DNA of 63,793 nucleotides, filler included. It is 8 parts of 8 records of this genome, joined end to end, with 100 filler letters (N's around TTAATTAATTAA, not from the genome) between each part and the next. Parts side by side here need not be neighbours in the genome. Positions count along the whole stretch, not along the records: positions 1 to 5,170 come from SRR31156797_39407; positions 5,271 to 11,603 come from SRR31156797_39413; 6 more parts are not named here. One strand, 5' to 3'. The notes beneath the pieces are model-generated. The model was not told where the DNA came from. It did not search any database and saw only the letters and a program-made list of their open reading frames with translations. Both the position numbers and the translations under genes were made by a program. Positions 1-9,405 of the stretch are shown here, piece by piece; positions within the stretch are counted from its first letter, which is position 1, and the number at the start of each line of letters is the position of its first letter.

Positions 1-2
1 AT

Positions 3-980
3 GTCCACGGGGAATGGGAGACGCCTGACCTGGTGGGGCTGTTCAAGGTGTTCATCGCCAACCGGGATCAATTGTCCGACGGCAATTTCGCCACTTCCTT
101 TCTCACCCGTGGCAAGGAAAGGGTGATCCATGCCAGGCGAAGGAACACAATTGAAAACAGCCGGGATAATATTGCCAGCCACTATGACCTGGGCAACGAC
201 TTCTACCGGGTGTTTTTAGATCGTGAAATGATCTATTCCTGTGCCGTTTTTCTCCATTCGGATGATTCCCTGGAAATTGCCCAGCGCAATAAAATGCGCC
301 TTATCCTGGAAAAAGCGAAGGTCGGTCCCCAGGATCATGTCCTGGAGATCGGCTGCGGCTGGGGGGCATTTGCCGTTTTCGCGGCAAGGGAGACAGGGTG
401 CCGGGTGACCGGCATTACCGTGTCCGGGGCCCAGTATGAGGCGGCCTGCCTGCGGGTGAAACAGGCCGGACTGGCGGATAAGGTTACGATTTTGCTCCAG
501 GATTACCGCAATATCACCGGCCTTTACGATAAAATCATATCCATCGAAATGATCGAGGCTGTGGGGAAGCAGTTTCTGGGGCGGTTTTTCAGCCGGTGCT
601 GCAGATTGCTCAAGCCCGGGGGGACCATGGTGCTCCAGGCCATCATTCTTCCGGATGACCGTTATGACGCCTATTGCCGGGAAAGGGACTGGATCCAGAA
701 ACATATTTTTCCCGGGGGGCATTTGCCCAGCCTTTCTTCGATTCGACAGGCCCTCCGCAACCGTACGGATTTTTTGATCCGGGAGGTGGACCATATCGGT
801 TACCATTATGCCACGACCCTTGAAATCTGGAGGAAACGGTTTGAAAACGGTCTGCAGACCCTGGAGCGGATGGGGGGAGACAGCCGGTTCAGGAGAAAAT
901 GGATCTATTATTTTTCCATTTGTGAAGCAGGGTTTGCGGAAAATGTCCTGCAGGATATCCAGATGGTTTTAACACGATGA
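3..980 (+). CDS. cfa: Cyclopropane-fatty-acyl-phospholipid synthase family SAM methyltransferase (5'-truncated)
   Basis: Motifs HYDLGNDFY, YSCA, VLEIGCGWG, SIEMIEAVG, IFPGG. The frame is open from nt 3 (VHGEWETPDL). Confidence 0.93.
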   Translation, partial: VHGEWETPDLVGLFKVFIANRDQLSDGNFATSFLTRGKERVIHARRRNTIENSRDNIASHYDLGNDFYRVFLDREMIYSCAVFLHSDDSLEIAQRNKMRLILEKAKVGPQDHVLEIGCGWGAFAVFAARETGCRVTGITVSGAQYEAACLRVKQAGLADKVTILLQDYRNITGLYDKIISIEMIEAVGKQFLGRFFSRCCRLLKPGGTMVLQAIILPDDRYDAYCRERDWIQKHIFPGGHLPSLSSIRQALRNRTDFLIREVDHIGYHYATTLEIWRKRFENGLQTLERMGGDSRFRRKWIYYFSICEAGFAENVLQDIQMVLTR

Positions 981-1017
981 ATTTTTGCGTATTTGAATGA
1001 AACCATCCCGCCCGGCT

Positions 1018-2445
1018 TCATTCAAATTTCCGTGTCAACCGGGCCAGTTGATTCCATAGCAGCCTGCGCTCTGTTTCGGACTCCCGGGTGCCGGGAAACA
1101 CATGGGTTTCATGGGGGCGCCGGTCCAGCCAGAACCGGCCGGTACATTGCCCCGGCACCCTGGCGGACGCCAGCCATACAATGGTATCCGCACCCTGGGC
1201 GGTGGTCCTGAGGATGGGCCGGGTCAACCGGTAAAATCCGGGAAGGGATGCGGCCAGGCCGGGGGTGTCCACCCAGCCGGGATGCATGGCATGGACCCTG
1301 AACCCTTTTTGCTCGAGGGTTCTGGCCCATCCTTCCGTGAGGATAACGAGGCCCCTTTTGGCCCGGGCATAGGCCTTGCTGCCGTCGTATGGTTTTTGCC
1401 GGTTTTGCAGATCCCGGATGTTGATTCTCTGGGTATACATGCCGCCGGACGCCACCGTGATAATTCTGGGATGCCTGGATGCGGTCAATGGGCCCAGGAG
1501 CTGTTCGGTCAGGAAATAGACCCCAAGGAGATCCGTGGCAAATGTTTTCTCGAATCCCTCGCAGGTTTCCATGTAATTGGGAAACAGGGCACCGGCATTG
1601 TTTATCAGAACGTCTATGGCAGGTTTTTCCCGGACAATTTCCCGGGTAGCCCGTTTGATGTCCGCCATCCGGCCCAGGTCCGCCACAAAAAAATCGATTT
1701 CCGGATTGCCGGTGGTGTCAATGATCTCCTGCCGGGTGATGAGCGCTTTTGTCCGGTCCCGGGCGATGAAGGTGAGGCGGGCATCCCGTTCCGCCAAAGC
1801 CATGGCCGCCGCTTTCCCGATGCCGGATGTGGCACCGGTGATGACCACGGTTTTTCCGGTGAGCAATTCAGGGTTGGGGGGCTGGAATTTTTTACTGATC
1901 CCGTAGCCAAGGCTGCTGAATCCGATCATGCCGGGTAAAACGGCCCGGTCGGCAAGATAATCCAGAAGATTCGCCCCGGACGGGGAAATGGATGATTTCA
2001 TTGTCTGCCGGGTTTTCGGGCTGAAGTTTTTTTTCAGGCCGGTCATGGCCTTTTTACCGTAAAAAGTTAAAATGGGTTCCAGCATTCGTTCAAATTTGGG
2101 GTTCATTCCTGGAAAATACAGCCTGGCGGAATAGTCGATCCGGGTGCCGGAGGGGGTGGGGGAAAACAGAATGGTATCCGTGGCGTCAAATGATTTTCCT
2201 ATCCCCCCCAGGACCACCTTTCCCGGTGGATCATATTCGGTAATGGTGTATTTCATCCTGGGCCGGAACATGCCGAAGCGCAAGACAAGTTCATATTCCG
2301 TACCAACGCCCACGGGCCCCCGGGTGAGCTTTACCGAAGAGACCACCCCCGGATCCCATTGTTCAATGAATCTGAAATTACTGGAGAATTTGAAGACATG
2401 GTCAATGGGGCTGTCCACTGATATTGCTTCTTTCAGTTCGATCAT
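1018..2445 (-). CDS. SRPBCC/polyketide-cyclase domain fused to a DHRS12-like short-chain dehydrogenase
   Basis: N-terminal WDPGV...GPVGVGT (SRPBCC-like). C-terminal TGATSGIG, NNAG, YARAK, HPGWVDTPG. RBS AAGGAG. Confidence 0.85.
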   Translation of the reverse strand: MIELKEAISVDSPIDHVFKFSSNFRFIEQWDPGVVSSVKLTRGPVGVGTEYELVLRFGMFRPRMKYTITEYDPPGKVVLGGIGKSFDATDTILFSPTPSGTRIDYSARLYFPGMNPKFERMLEPILTFYGKKAMTGLKKNFSPKTRQTMKSSISPSGANLLDYLADRAVLPGMIGFSSLGYGISKKFQPPNPELLTGKTVVITGATSGIGKAAAMALAERDARLTFIARDRTKALITRQEIIDTTGNPEIDFFVADLGRMADIKRATREIVREKPAIDVLINNAGALFPNYMETCEGFEKTFATDLLGVYFLTEQLLGPLTASRHPRIITVASGGMYTQRINIRDLQNRQKPYDGSKAYARAKRGLVILTEGWARTLEQKGFRVHAMHPGWVDTPGLAASLPGFYRLTRPILRTTAQGADTIVWLASARVPGQCTGRFWLDRRPHETHVFPGTRESETERRLLWNQLARLTRKFE

Positions 2446-2523
2446 CGGTTTTCTCCTTCAACGGATTAAAGATAAAAGCGTGGCCGCCGGCGGATCGGGC
2501 CGAAGATCAATCCGGTGGAATGA

Positions 2524-3045
2524 TCCCCTCAATTTTCAAGGCAAGAGCAGCTGAACCGGTTATCCGGTATTTGTCTGGCCAACGCAGAAAGCCTGATGAA
2601 GGCGCTGAACTACTGCCATGTCAATGGTATTGGCGATTTTCGAATCAACAGTCAGATTCTCCCCCTGAAGACCCACCCGGAAATCGGCTACGATATTATG
2701 GAATTACCCCATGGCCATGAAATTGTCAAAGCGTTTAAGGCCTGCGGCTGGTTCAGCAAAAAGAACAATCTGCGAATCACCTTTCATCCGGATCAGTTCA
2801 TCATATTATCATCCATTGATCCTTCCGTGGTTCGCCGGTCCATTGCTGACCGGGAACCCCTTTTTCATATTTCTTCTCCCCTTGACGGATGGCAGGGAAA
2901 GGAGGTGCGCAAACATCATGATTACATTGATATCAATGATTTTCCGATGGCCTGGGTGGCATCTGATCTAACGGTTGAGGTGGAAGCCAAGGCCAAGGAA
3001 ATGGCGGTGCTGAAACTGATCGGGGATTTGAAAACCTGGCGATGA
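2524..3045 (+). pseudogene. uvsE: UV-damage endonuclease remnant (no N-terminus, large internal deletion)
   Basis: FRINSQILPLKTHP, FHPDQF, HISSP, HHDYI and VEVEAKAKE are present. The central IHGG/LENDD/DVHHH block is absent. In-frame TGA at 2521 closes the frame upstream. Confidence 0.8.
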
Positions 3046-3351
3046 AATTTTTTTTATGTGAATGTGGCGTTGCCGATCAAAAAGATGTTGATATCCAAAG
3101 AAGAACCATTATATTCTTCTTTAAAAGGACCTATGATTAATCCCAAAGCTACATGCCAGATCCGGTTTGTCTGAATCCTAACTTGCTTTCCTTATTCTTG
3201 TAACTCTTTTACTTTGGCTGTGACGTAATATAAACTTTTACTGTTACCGAAAGGAGTGATGCCGGTATGTTCCGTGCTGCGTTTTCATGAACTGTCTGTT
3301 TCTAATAAGTTTATTTTAAGATCAGCTTAAAAGGTTGATGAAGGAGGAACC

Positions 3352-3663
3352 ATGGAAGCAAAGGATTTTTGCTCCAGCATGGAGATAGAACTGACGGCCT
3401 GGAAGGCGAAATTGTATGATTCCATCTGTAAAGCCGACCGGCTCGGCTCTGCAGACAAGGAAAAAGCGATGGCCAGCATCAATGATATTAAAATCATCGT
3501 TTCGGACATGGAAGCCAAAATCCACGAGCTTAAAACGGAATGTCCGTCCGAATGGAGTCCCCAGAAAAAAGAGATAGACGAGGGGACCGTTGATTTGAGG
3601 TCAAAATATGATGAAACCATGGAATTAATAGGGAAAGCGTCTCCCATGTCTGTTCCGGGATAG
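3352..3663 (+). CDS. Hypothetical helical protein (103 aa)
   Basis: Strong RBS AAGGAGG and a plausible coiled protein (CPSEWSP). Confidence 0.75.
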   Translation: MEAKDFCSSMEIELTAWKAKLYDSICKADRLGSADKEKAMASINDIKIIVSDMEAKIHELKTECPSEWSPQKKEIDEGTVDLRSKYDETMELIGKASPMSVPG

Positions 3664-3755
3664 GAGCAGGCAAGGGACCTGCGCATTCTTTCACCGGTAC
3701 CCAAACGCTTTTGACCTGTATTTGGGTACCGTTTATATCAGAATAAAGGACAAAG

Positions 3756-4217
3756 ATGAGAAAAATTGCCTGGTCCCTTGGCTTGTTTTTGCTTTTTATC
3801 ATGGGATGTTCGGGAAGACAGCCTTTGGTCGGGCATACCGATGGAAAATTTGCCCCTTGTCCCTCTTCTCCAAACTGTGTCTCATCCCAGAACAACGATG
3901 CCGGAAGCCGGATCGATCCGATTTTTTTTAAAGTGAATGGCGCAAGGGCTGAGGAAAAACTGGTTTCTATTCTTAATGCCATGAAAAGGGTTCGAATCGT
4001 TTCCCGGACGAAAGGGTATATTCATGCGGAATTCACATCCGCATTTTTTCGTTTTGTGGACGATGTCGAATTCTACATCAATGACCGGGAGCATCTCATT
4101 CATTTCCGCTCCGCATCCAGGGTGGGGTATTCGGATCTTGGAGTCAACCGAAAAAGAATGGAAATGATACGCAGACTGTTTGAAAAAGGGGAAAAGATGA
4201 GCCCCAAGGAGGAGTAA
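3756..4217 (+). CDS. DUF1499 family lipoprotein
   Basis: Lipobox IMGC; CPSSPNCVSS, FVDDVEF, RSASRVGYSDLGVNRKR. Confidence 0.9.
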   Translation: MRKIAWSLGLFLLFIMGCSGRQPLVGHTDGKFAPCPSSPNCVSSQNNDAGSRIDPIFFKVNGARAEEKLVSILNAMKRVRIVSRTKGYIHAEFTSAFFRFVDDVEFYINDREHLIHFRSASRVGYSDLGVNRKRMEMIRRLFEKGEKMSPKEE

Positions 4218-5042
4218 ATGAAAACAAGATATTCAGCTATTATAATGATGGTGCTGCTGCTTTCCGTTCAGGTGTTTGCCCAGGAGCGGGAGGTGAAACT
4301 TCTGACCCTGGAGTGGGCGCCCTATGTGGGGGCCAACTTGCCAAAGAAAGGCTTTGCCGCCGAGATCGTGATCTTGGCCTTTAAAAAGGCGGGATATACG
4401 GTGACCATTGAGTTCCGTCCCTGGGAAACAGCCCTGGAGGTGGTCAAACAGGGCGGGGCGGACGGGGTTTTCCCGGCCTACCATGAAGCGGGCAGGGAGG
4501 CTTACTATCTCTTTTCCAACCCCTTTTTCAAGAGTCCCCTGGGGTTGTGCAAGATCAAGGATTATGCCCAGCCGTCCCCCAGCGGCAGTTTCCTGTACAA
4601 GCGGGGGGCCAATATCCAGTACGGTGTGGACCCGCGGATCGACCAGGCCCTGGCCCTGGAGAAACTTCGGTCCTACCGGTTCGGCGTGGTGCGGGGCTAT
4701 GCCAACACCCCCGAATTTGACCGTGCCGATTTTTTGACCAAGATTGTTGCCGAAAGCGATGCCGACAACATTGGCAACCTGCTCCAGGACGAGGTGGAGC
4801 TTGTGGTGATCGACCGGTATGTGGCCCAGAACATCCTGGTGAAGAAGTTTCCCTGGCGGCTCAACGAGGTCGAGTTCATGGAGCCGCCCCTGGCCCTGAG
4901 GAATCTGTATGTCGCCATGTCAAAGAAGACAGACAACCCGGAAAAGAAGCTCAGGGACTTCAATGCCGGCCTTGAAGTACTCAAGGCCGACGGCATTCTG
5001 GACAGTATCATGGCACGGTACGGACTGAAAAAATATCACTGA
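4218..5042 (+). CDS. Periplasmic substrate-binding protein, family 3 (amino-acid type)
   Basis: Signal peptide; EWAPY, F.PW, GVVRGY and FNAGL...DG motifs. Confidence 0.85.
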   Translation: MKTRYSAIIMMVLLLSVQVFAQEREVKLLTLEWAPYVGANLPKKGFAAEIVILAFKKAGYTVTIEFRPWETALEVVKQGGADGVFPAYHEAGREAYYLFSNPFFKSPLGLCKIKDYAQPSPSGSFLYKRGANIQYGVDPRIDQALALEKLRSYRFGVVRGYANTPEFDRADFLTKIVAESDADNIGNLLQDEVELVVIDRYVAQNILVKKFPWRLNEVEFMEPPLALRNLYVAMSKKTDNPEKKLRDFNAGLEVLKADGILDSIMARYGLKKYH

Positions 5043-5103
5043 TCCTCAAATTGGGGGTTGAAATTTTCAAGTCAAGGGTGTATCTAAGCTCCGAACAAAA
5101 CTC

Positions 5104-5170
5104 GGATGAACATAGCAGGAGAGATCTTTCCCATGGATTGCCCATGGGAAAGGCACCGAAGAAGTAAATC
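5104..5170 (+). ncRNA. Glycine riboswitch, first aptamer (truncated by contig end)
   Basis: GGATGAA leader, AGGAGAGA, P2 stem CTTTCCCATGG/CCATGGGAAAG, then CACCGAAGAAGTAAATC. Confidence 0.85.
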
Positions 5171-5270
5171 NNNNNNNNNNNNNNNNNNNNNNNNNNNNNN
5201 NNNNNNNNNNNNNNTTAATTAATTAANNNNNNNNNNNNNNNNNNNNNNNNNNNNNNNNNNNNNNNNNNNN
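5171..5270. other. Artificial contig linker (also 11604-11703, 19435-19534, 32368-32467, 39776-39875, 45405-45504, 55219-55318)
   Basis: N44-TTAATTAATTAA-N44 gives stops in all six frames. Genes are cut at the junctions and composition changes across them. Confidence 0.98.
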
Positions 5271-6596
5271 GAGGACAAGCGCTACATGTCCCTCTACTAC
5301 GCCCCCTCCCATATGGATGTACAGAAGGCGGATTATCGCCGGGAAAGGCTGTTCTATACCAGGGAAAACGCCCTGCGCATAGACGGGATGCGCAGCTTTA
5401 TTGAAGAAGAGTTTCCCGCTGACGGGGATGAGGCGACCGGGAAAAAGCGATCGCTTTTTATAGCGCTCCTCCTCGGGGAGGCTTCGAAGCACACCAATAC
5501 CTCCGGAGTGTTCAAGGCCTATCACAAGGGCTTCGGCGGTCATGGAAAGGACGCCCTGAGCCGTATCCTCGCCCCCATCACCCTGCCGTTTCCCAGGCTT
5601 CCTTCCCGCCTTCCTCCCGCGGAGGTATACAGCATGGACGCCAACCGTCTGGTGAGAGAGCTGCCACCCGTGGATGTGGCCTATCTGGATCCTCCCTACA
5701 ATCAGCATCAATACGGGAGTAACTATCATATCCTCAACACCATCGCCCTCTGGGACAGGATCCCCGCTCCCCTGGAGTTGAACGGCAAGGGGGAGCTTCG
5801 CGAGAAGGCCGCCATCCGCAAGGACTGGATCAAGACCAGATCCTCCTACTGCTACAGGACGAAAGCGGAGGATGCCTTCGGGGATGTCCTGGAGAATCTG
5901 GACGCCGGGCGCATCCTGATCAGCTACAGCAACGACGGCCTGATCCCCTTCGAAACCATGATGGACATCTGCGAGAAGAAGGGGCGGGTTTCCATCGTCA
6001 GCAATGAGTACACGAAATTCAGGGGAGGCCGTCAGAGTAACAGCCGCCTCCACAGCAACATCGAATTCGTCCTCGTCGTAGACGGCAGCAAAAGCGCCAA
6101 CAGCAGGACCCGCAGCAGGATCCGCCATCTGATGCTGCTGAGGCAGGCGGCGCTGCTGGAGAAGAAGATATACAGGAGGGACTCCTTTCCCGAATCCTCC
6201 AGTGGTCGCGATGATTTTGAGCTGACCTTCGGGAAGAGGACGGCGGGGCTGCGCTGGAAGAAGGGCATCCAGCTTCAGATCACCGACAGCATCGTCGACT
6301 GGCCCATCAGCTCTCTCAAAGGCCTTATCGCCAGGCTGGAGAAGGGGGCCTGCAAGAGCCGTTATGAGGAGCTGGAGACCATACTCCTTCTCCTGAAATC
6401 GGGCAGGGCGCCCGGGGAGGCTCTTCTGAAGGAGATTCCCCGGAGGGTGAGGATGCTGGCCCATAAGAAAACGCGGGCCGAGTATGAGGACGTGATAGCC
6501 CGCCTGGATGACTTGAGAGACGCGGTGGATCTGTCTTCCATTGACAGAGATCTGGAAGCCGTTACAATACAGGCTGAAAAAAGGTTTGATCATTAA
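5271..6596 (+). CDS. N6-adenine DNA methyltransferase, D12/FokI-like (5'-truncated) with C-terminal extension
   Basis: NTSGVFKAY, YLDPPYNQHQYGSNYH, ILISYS. Frame open from the contig start. Confidence 0.88.
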   Translation, partial: EDKRYMSLYYAPSHMDVQKADYRRERLFYTRENALRIDGMRSFIEEEFPADGDEATGKKRSLFIALLLGEASKHTNTSGVFKAYHKGFGGHGKDALSRILAPITLPFPRLPSRLPPAEVYSMDANRLVRELPPVDVAYLDPPYNQHQYGSNYHILNTIALWDRIPAPLELNGKGELREKAAIRKDWIKTRSSYCYRTKAEDAFGDVLENLDAGRILISYSNDGLIPFETMMDICEKKGRVSIVSNEYTKFRGGRQSNSRLHSNIEFVLVVDGSKSANSRTRSRIRHLMLLRQAALLEKKIYRRDSFPESSSGRDDFELTFGKRTAGLRWKKGIQLQITDSIVDWPISSLKGLIARLEKGACKSRYEELETILLLLKSGRAPGEALLKEIPRRVRMLAHKKTRAEYEDVIARLDDLRDAVDLSSIDRDLEAVTIQAEKRFDH

Positions 6597-6600
6597 GAGT

Positions 6601-7683
6601 ATGAAGAAGAAAATTATCGTATTTACAGGAGGGGGCACGGGCGGCCACGTATACCCTGCCCAGCCTCTTATAAAGGCCTTCCGGGAGAAGGGGTATCGTA
6701 TCGTGTGGATCGGCTCGCGGATGGGCATCGAGAGGAAGATCGTCGCCGACTGGGGGCTGGAATACAGGGCCGTCAGCACGGGCAAGCTGCGGCGTTATTT
6801 TTCCCTGAGGAATTTTACGGATCTGTTCTGCATCGCCGCCGGCCTGGTTCAGTCCTTCTTCCTGCTGATGCGCCTGAGGCCGGCTCTGGTCTTCTCCAAG
6901 GGCGGATTCGTATCCGTCCCACCCGTGGTGGCGGCCGCCCTTCTCGGGATCCCCAGCTTCACCCATGATTCTGATGTGGTCCCCGGTCTGGCCACCAGGA
7001 TCAACCACCGTTTCACCAGGAGGACCTTTCTTGCCTATGAGGAGAGCGGAAAGTTCCTCAAAGGGGAGAAAACCGTGATCAGCGGCAATCCCGTAAGGGC
7101 TGATTTCTTTGATGAACATATCCCTCTGCCCGCCCCCTGGGACGACAGGCTGAAGGGCAAACCCCTTCTCATGATACTGGGCGGCAGTTCGGGGGCCCTC
7201 CAGATCAATCGTATGATCGAAGAGATACGGGAGAAGCTCACTCCCGATTTCACCGTTATCCATCAGATGGGGACGGAGCTCTTCGACGCTCTCGGCGAGG
7301 ACAAAAAGCATGTGAGCGATTACTTTCCCGTTCCCTATCTGAATGACGAGCTGCCGGCCCTGCTTCGCCGCGCGGAGCTGGCGGTGGCCAGGGCGGGGGC
7401 CGGAACCCTCTGGGAGCTGGCCGTAAGCGCTACGCCCTCCATTCTGATTCCCCTCCGGTCGGGGAGCCGGGGGGACCAGGTGGATAACGCGCGCATCCTG
7501 TCCGATCGCGGGATGGCCCGGGTAATGGACGAGGCCGAGCCCGCCGCAAAGGACCTGATGGCTCTTATCCATGATCTGAAGGAGGACGGGGAAAGGCTGG
7601 ATGAGATGAAAAAGAACTGCCGTAACTTCGTGAAATATCGGGCCGAAGATGTTATGATGTCCTATCTTACGGAGGTCTGCTGA
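6601..7683 (+). CDS. murG: Lipid II synthase, GlcNAc transferase MurG
   Basis: TGGGTGGHVYP, GKLRRY, KGGFVSVP, GNPVR, GGSSGA, RAGAGT, DQ..NA. Confidence 0.96.
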   Translation: MKKKIIVFTGGGTGGHVYPAQPLIKAFREKGYRIVWIGSRMGIERKIVADWGLEYRAVSTGKLRRYFSLRNFTDLFCIAAGLVQSFFLLMRLRPALVFSKGGFVSVPPVVAAALLGIPSFTHDSDVVPGLATRINHRFTRRTFLAYEESGKFLKGEKTVISGNPVRADFFDEHIPLPAPWDDRLKGKPLLMILGGSSGALQINRMIEEIREKLTPDFTVIHQMGTELFDALGEDKKHVSDYFPVPYLNDELPALLRRAELAVARAGAGTLWELAVSATPSILIPLRSGSRGDQVDNARILSDRGMARVMDEAEPAAKDLMALIHDLKEDGERLDEMKKNCRNFVKYRAEDVMMSYLTEVC

Positions 7684-7685
7684 CC

Positions 7686-8183
7686 ATGGAACTCGGAATC
7701 GTCGACATCGTCTTTATCGCGATCATCGTGGTCGCCGCCCTTCGCGGGGCCTTCCGCGGCATGATCCAGGAGATCATTTCGCTGGCCGCTCTCTTTATCA
7801 GTCTCCTTCTGGCGGCCGTCTACTACCCCGACGCGGCCCGCTGGATACGATCCCGTTCATCCATCGACGAAGGCTCCGCCCTTATCGCCTACGCCTTCAT
7901 CTTTCTGATCGCCTTCATCCTCTTCAAGCTGCTGCAGAAGGCGGTGGTGTCCATGACGAACGAATCGGCCATGGAGAGCACGGACAGGCTGTTGGGTTTC
8001 TTCTTCGGTATCCTGGAGGGCGTGCTGATCTGTTTCCTCCTGGTCTATCTTATCAATTTCCAGCATGTGCTGAATCTGGACCGGCTGAGCGGGGACTCCC
8101 TGGTCATGCCCTATCTGGAACGTTTTCTGCCCGCCCTGGACAAGCCGGCAGCCGGTCTGCTAGACCGCTTAAAGGGGAGGTAG
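7686..8183 (+). CDS. cvpA: CvpA family membrane protein
   Basis: D...RG..RG...E and DRLLGFFFG motifs; about four TM segments. Confidence 0.88.
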   Translation: MELGIVDIVFIAIIVVAALRGAFRGMIQEIISLAALFISLLLAAVYYPDAARWIRSRSSIDEGSALIAYAFIFLIAFILFKLLQKAVVSMTNESAMESTDRLLGFFFGILEGVLICFLLVYLINFQHVLNLDRLSGDSLVMPYLERFLPALDKPAAGLLDRLKGR

Positions 8184-8190
8184 AACGCCA

Positions 8191-9405
8191 TTGTTTGAAA
8201 ATCTTATCGCCCAGGAAAGTATCCGGAAACAGCTGAATTCCGCTGTCGTGCAGAACAAACTGCCCCATTCGCTCCTCTTCAACGGTGAGGATTACAGCGG
8301 TAAAATGACCGCGGCCCTGGAGCTGGCGCGGGCTGTCTCCTGCGAGAAAAACAACGCGGCCTGGGACTGCGACTGCCGTTCCTGCCGCGATCACCGCGTC
8401 CTGAACAACCCCGATCTGCTCCTGCTGGGGCGGAGGTACTTTCTCGAGGAGATCAAGGCCTCCGCCGAGCTTCTGAACCGCAGCCGCGCGACCTTCGCCG
8501 TCTATATGTTCATCCGGAATATCCGAAAGCTTCTCAAGCGCTTCGAGCCGGTGATTTGGGAGGGGCAGGAGAAGAAACTCAACAAGTACAGCGGCGCCCT
8601 GGCCAATGCCAACGAGGCCATTGAAAAACTGGATCCCGAAAAGCCCCTTATGCCCGAGGAGGAACTGAAGACCTTTCTGGACGATCTCATCCATCAGGTC
8701 AGGACCCTCATCCCCGCCGTGCCCGCGGGCATACCCATCGATCAGATCAGGAACATCAGCCGATGGGCCCACCGCACGAGCAACGGCAGGGCCAAGGTTG
8801 TCATTCTGGAACGGGCCGACGCCATCAAGGACGGCGCCGCGAACGCCCTGCTGAAGATCCTGGAGGAGCCCCCGGCGCATGTGACATTCATCCTGACCAC
8901 CGACAGGAAGGGGAGTCTGATCCAGACCATTCGCTCCCGGGTGCGGCCCTACGATTTCACGCCTCGTTCGGACGCCGATTCGGCCCTGGTCCTGGAGAAG
9001 CTCTTCCGCTATGAGAAAGCGGACATGAGCCTGTACCACTTTTTCCAGAGCTGGTCCGATACGGATTACGGCTTCATCAGTTCCCATATTCGGATCTTCC
9101 TGGACAACTGCTTCAGCGGAGGTTCCGTCCGGGAGCTTGAGGACCTGTTTCAGTACTTCGACAAAAACAGGGAGAAGGATGAGCTGAAGCGCTTCCTCCG
9201 CATGCTCAGCGACGAGATAAGGCTGAGGTTCAGGGAAGACCCCGAACTGATCTCCACCGTGGAAGGGCAGACGCTCGTCTCCCTCCTCCTGGGGAAAATC
9301 AACCGATGCGCTTCGAATTCCTCGGTCTATAACCAAAGTTCCCTTTTCCTTCTGGAAAGCCTGTTTTATGATATAAGAGAGCAGTATGAGGCATTTTGTA
9401 ACTAA
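8191..9405 (+). CDS. DNA polymerase III delta'/clamp-loader-like subunit (spirochaete type)
   Basis: HSLLFNG...GKMT, CDCRSC, ANALLKILEEPP, TIRSR; TTG start. Confidence 0.8.
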   Translation: MFENLIAQESIRKQLNSAVVQNKLPHSLLFNGEDYSGKMTAALELARAVSCEKNNAAWDCDCRSCRDHRVLNNPDLLLLGRRYFLEEIKASAELLNRSRATFAVYMFIRNIRKLLKRFEPVIWEGQEKKLNKYSGALANANEAIEKLDPEKPLMPEEELKTFLDDLIHQVRTLIPAVPAGIPIDQIRNISRWAHRTSNGRAKVVILERADAIKDGAANALLKILEEPPAHVTFILTTDRKGSLIQTIRSRVRPYDFTPRSDADSALVLEKLFRYEKADMSLYHFFQSWSDTDYGFISSHIRIFLDNCFSGGSVRELEDLFQYFDKNREKDELKRFLRMLSDEIRLRFREDPELISTVEGQTLVSLLLGKINRCASNSSVYNQSSLFLLESLFYDIREQYEAFCN

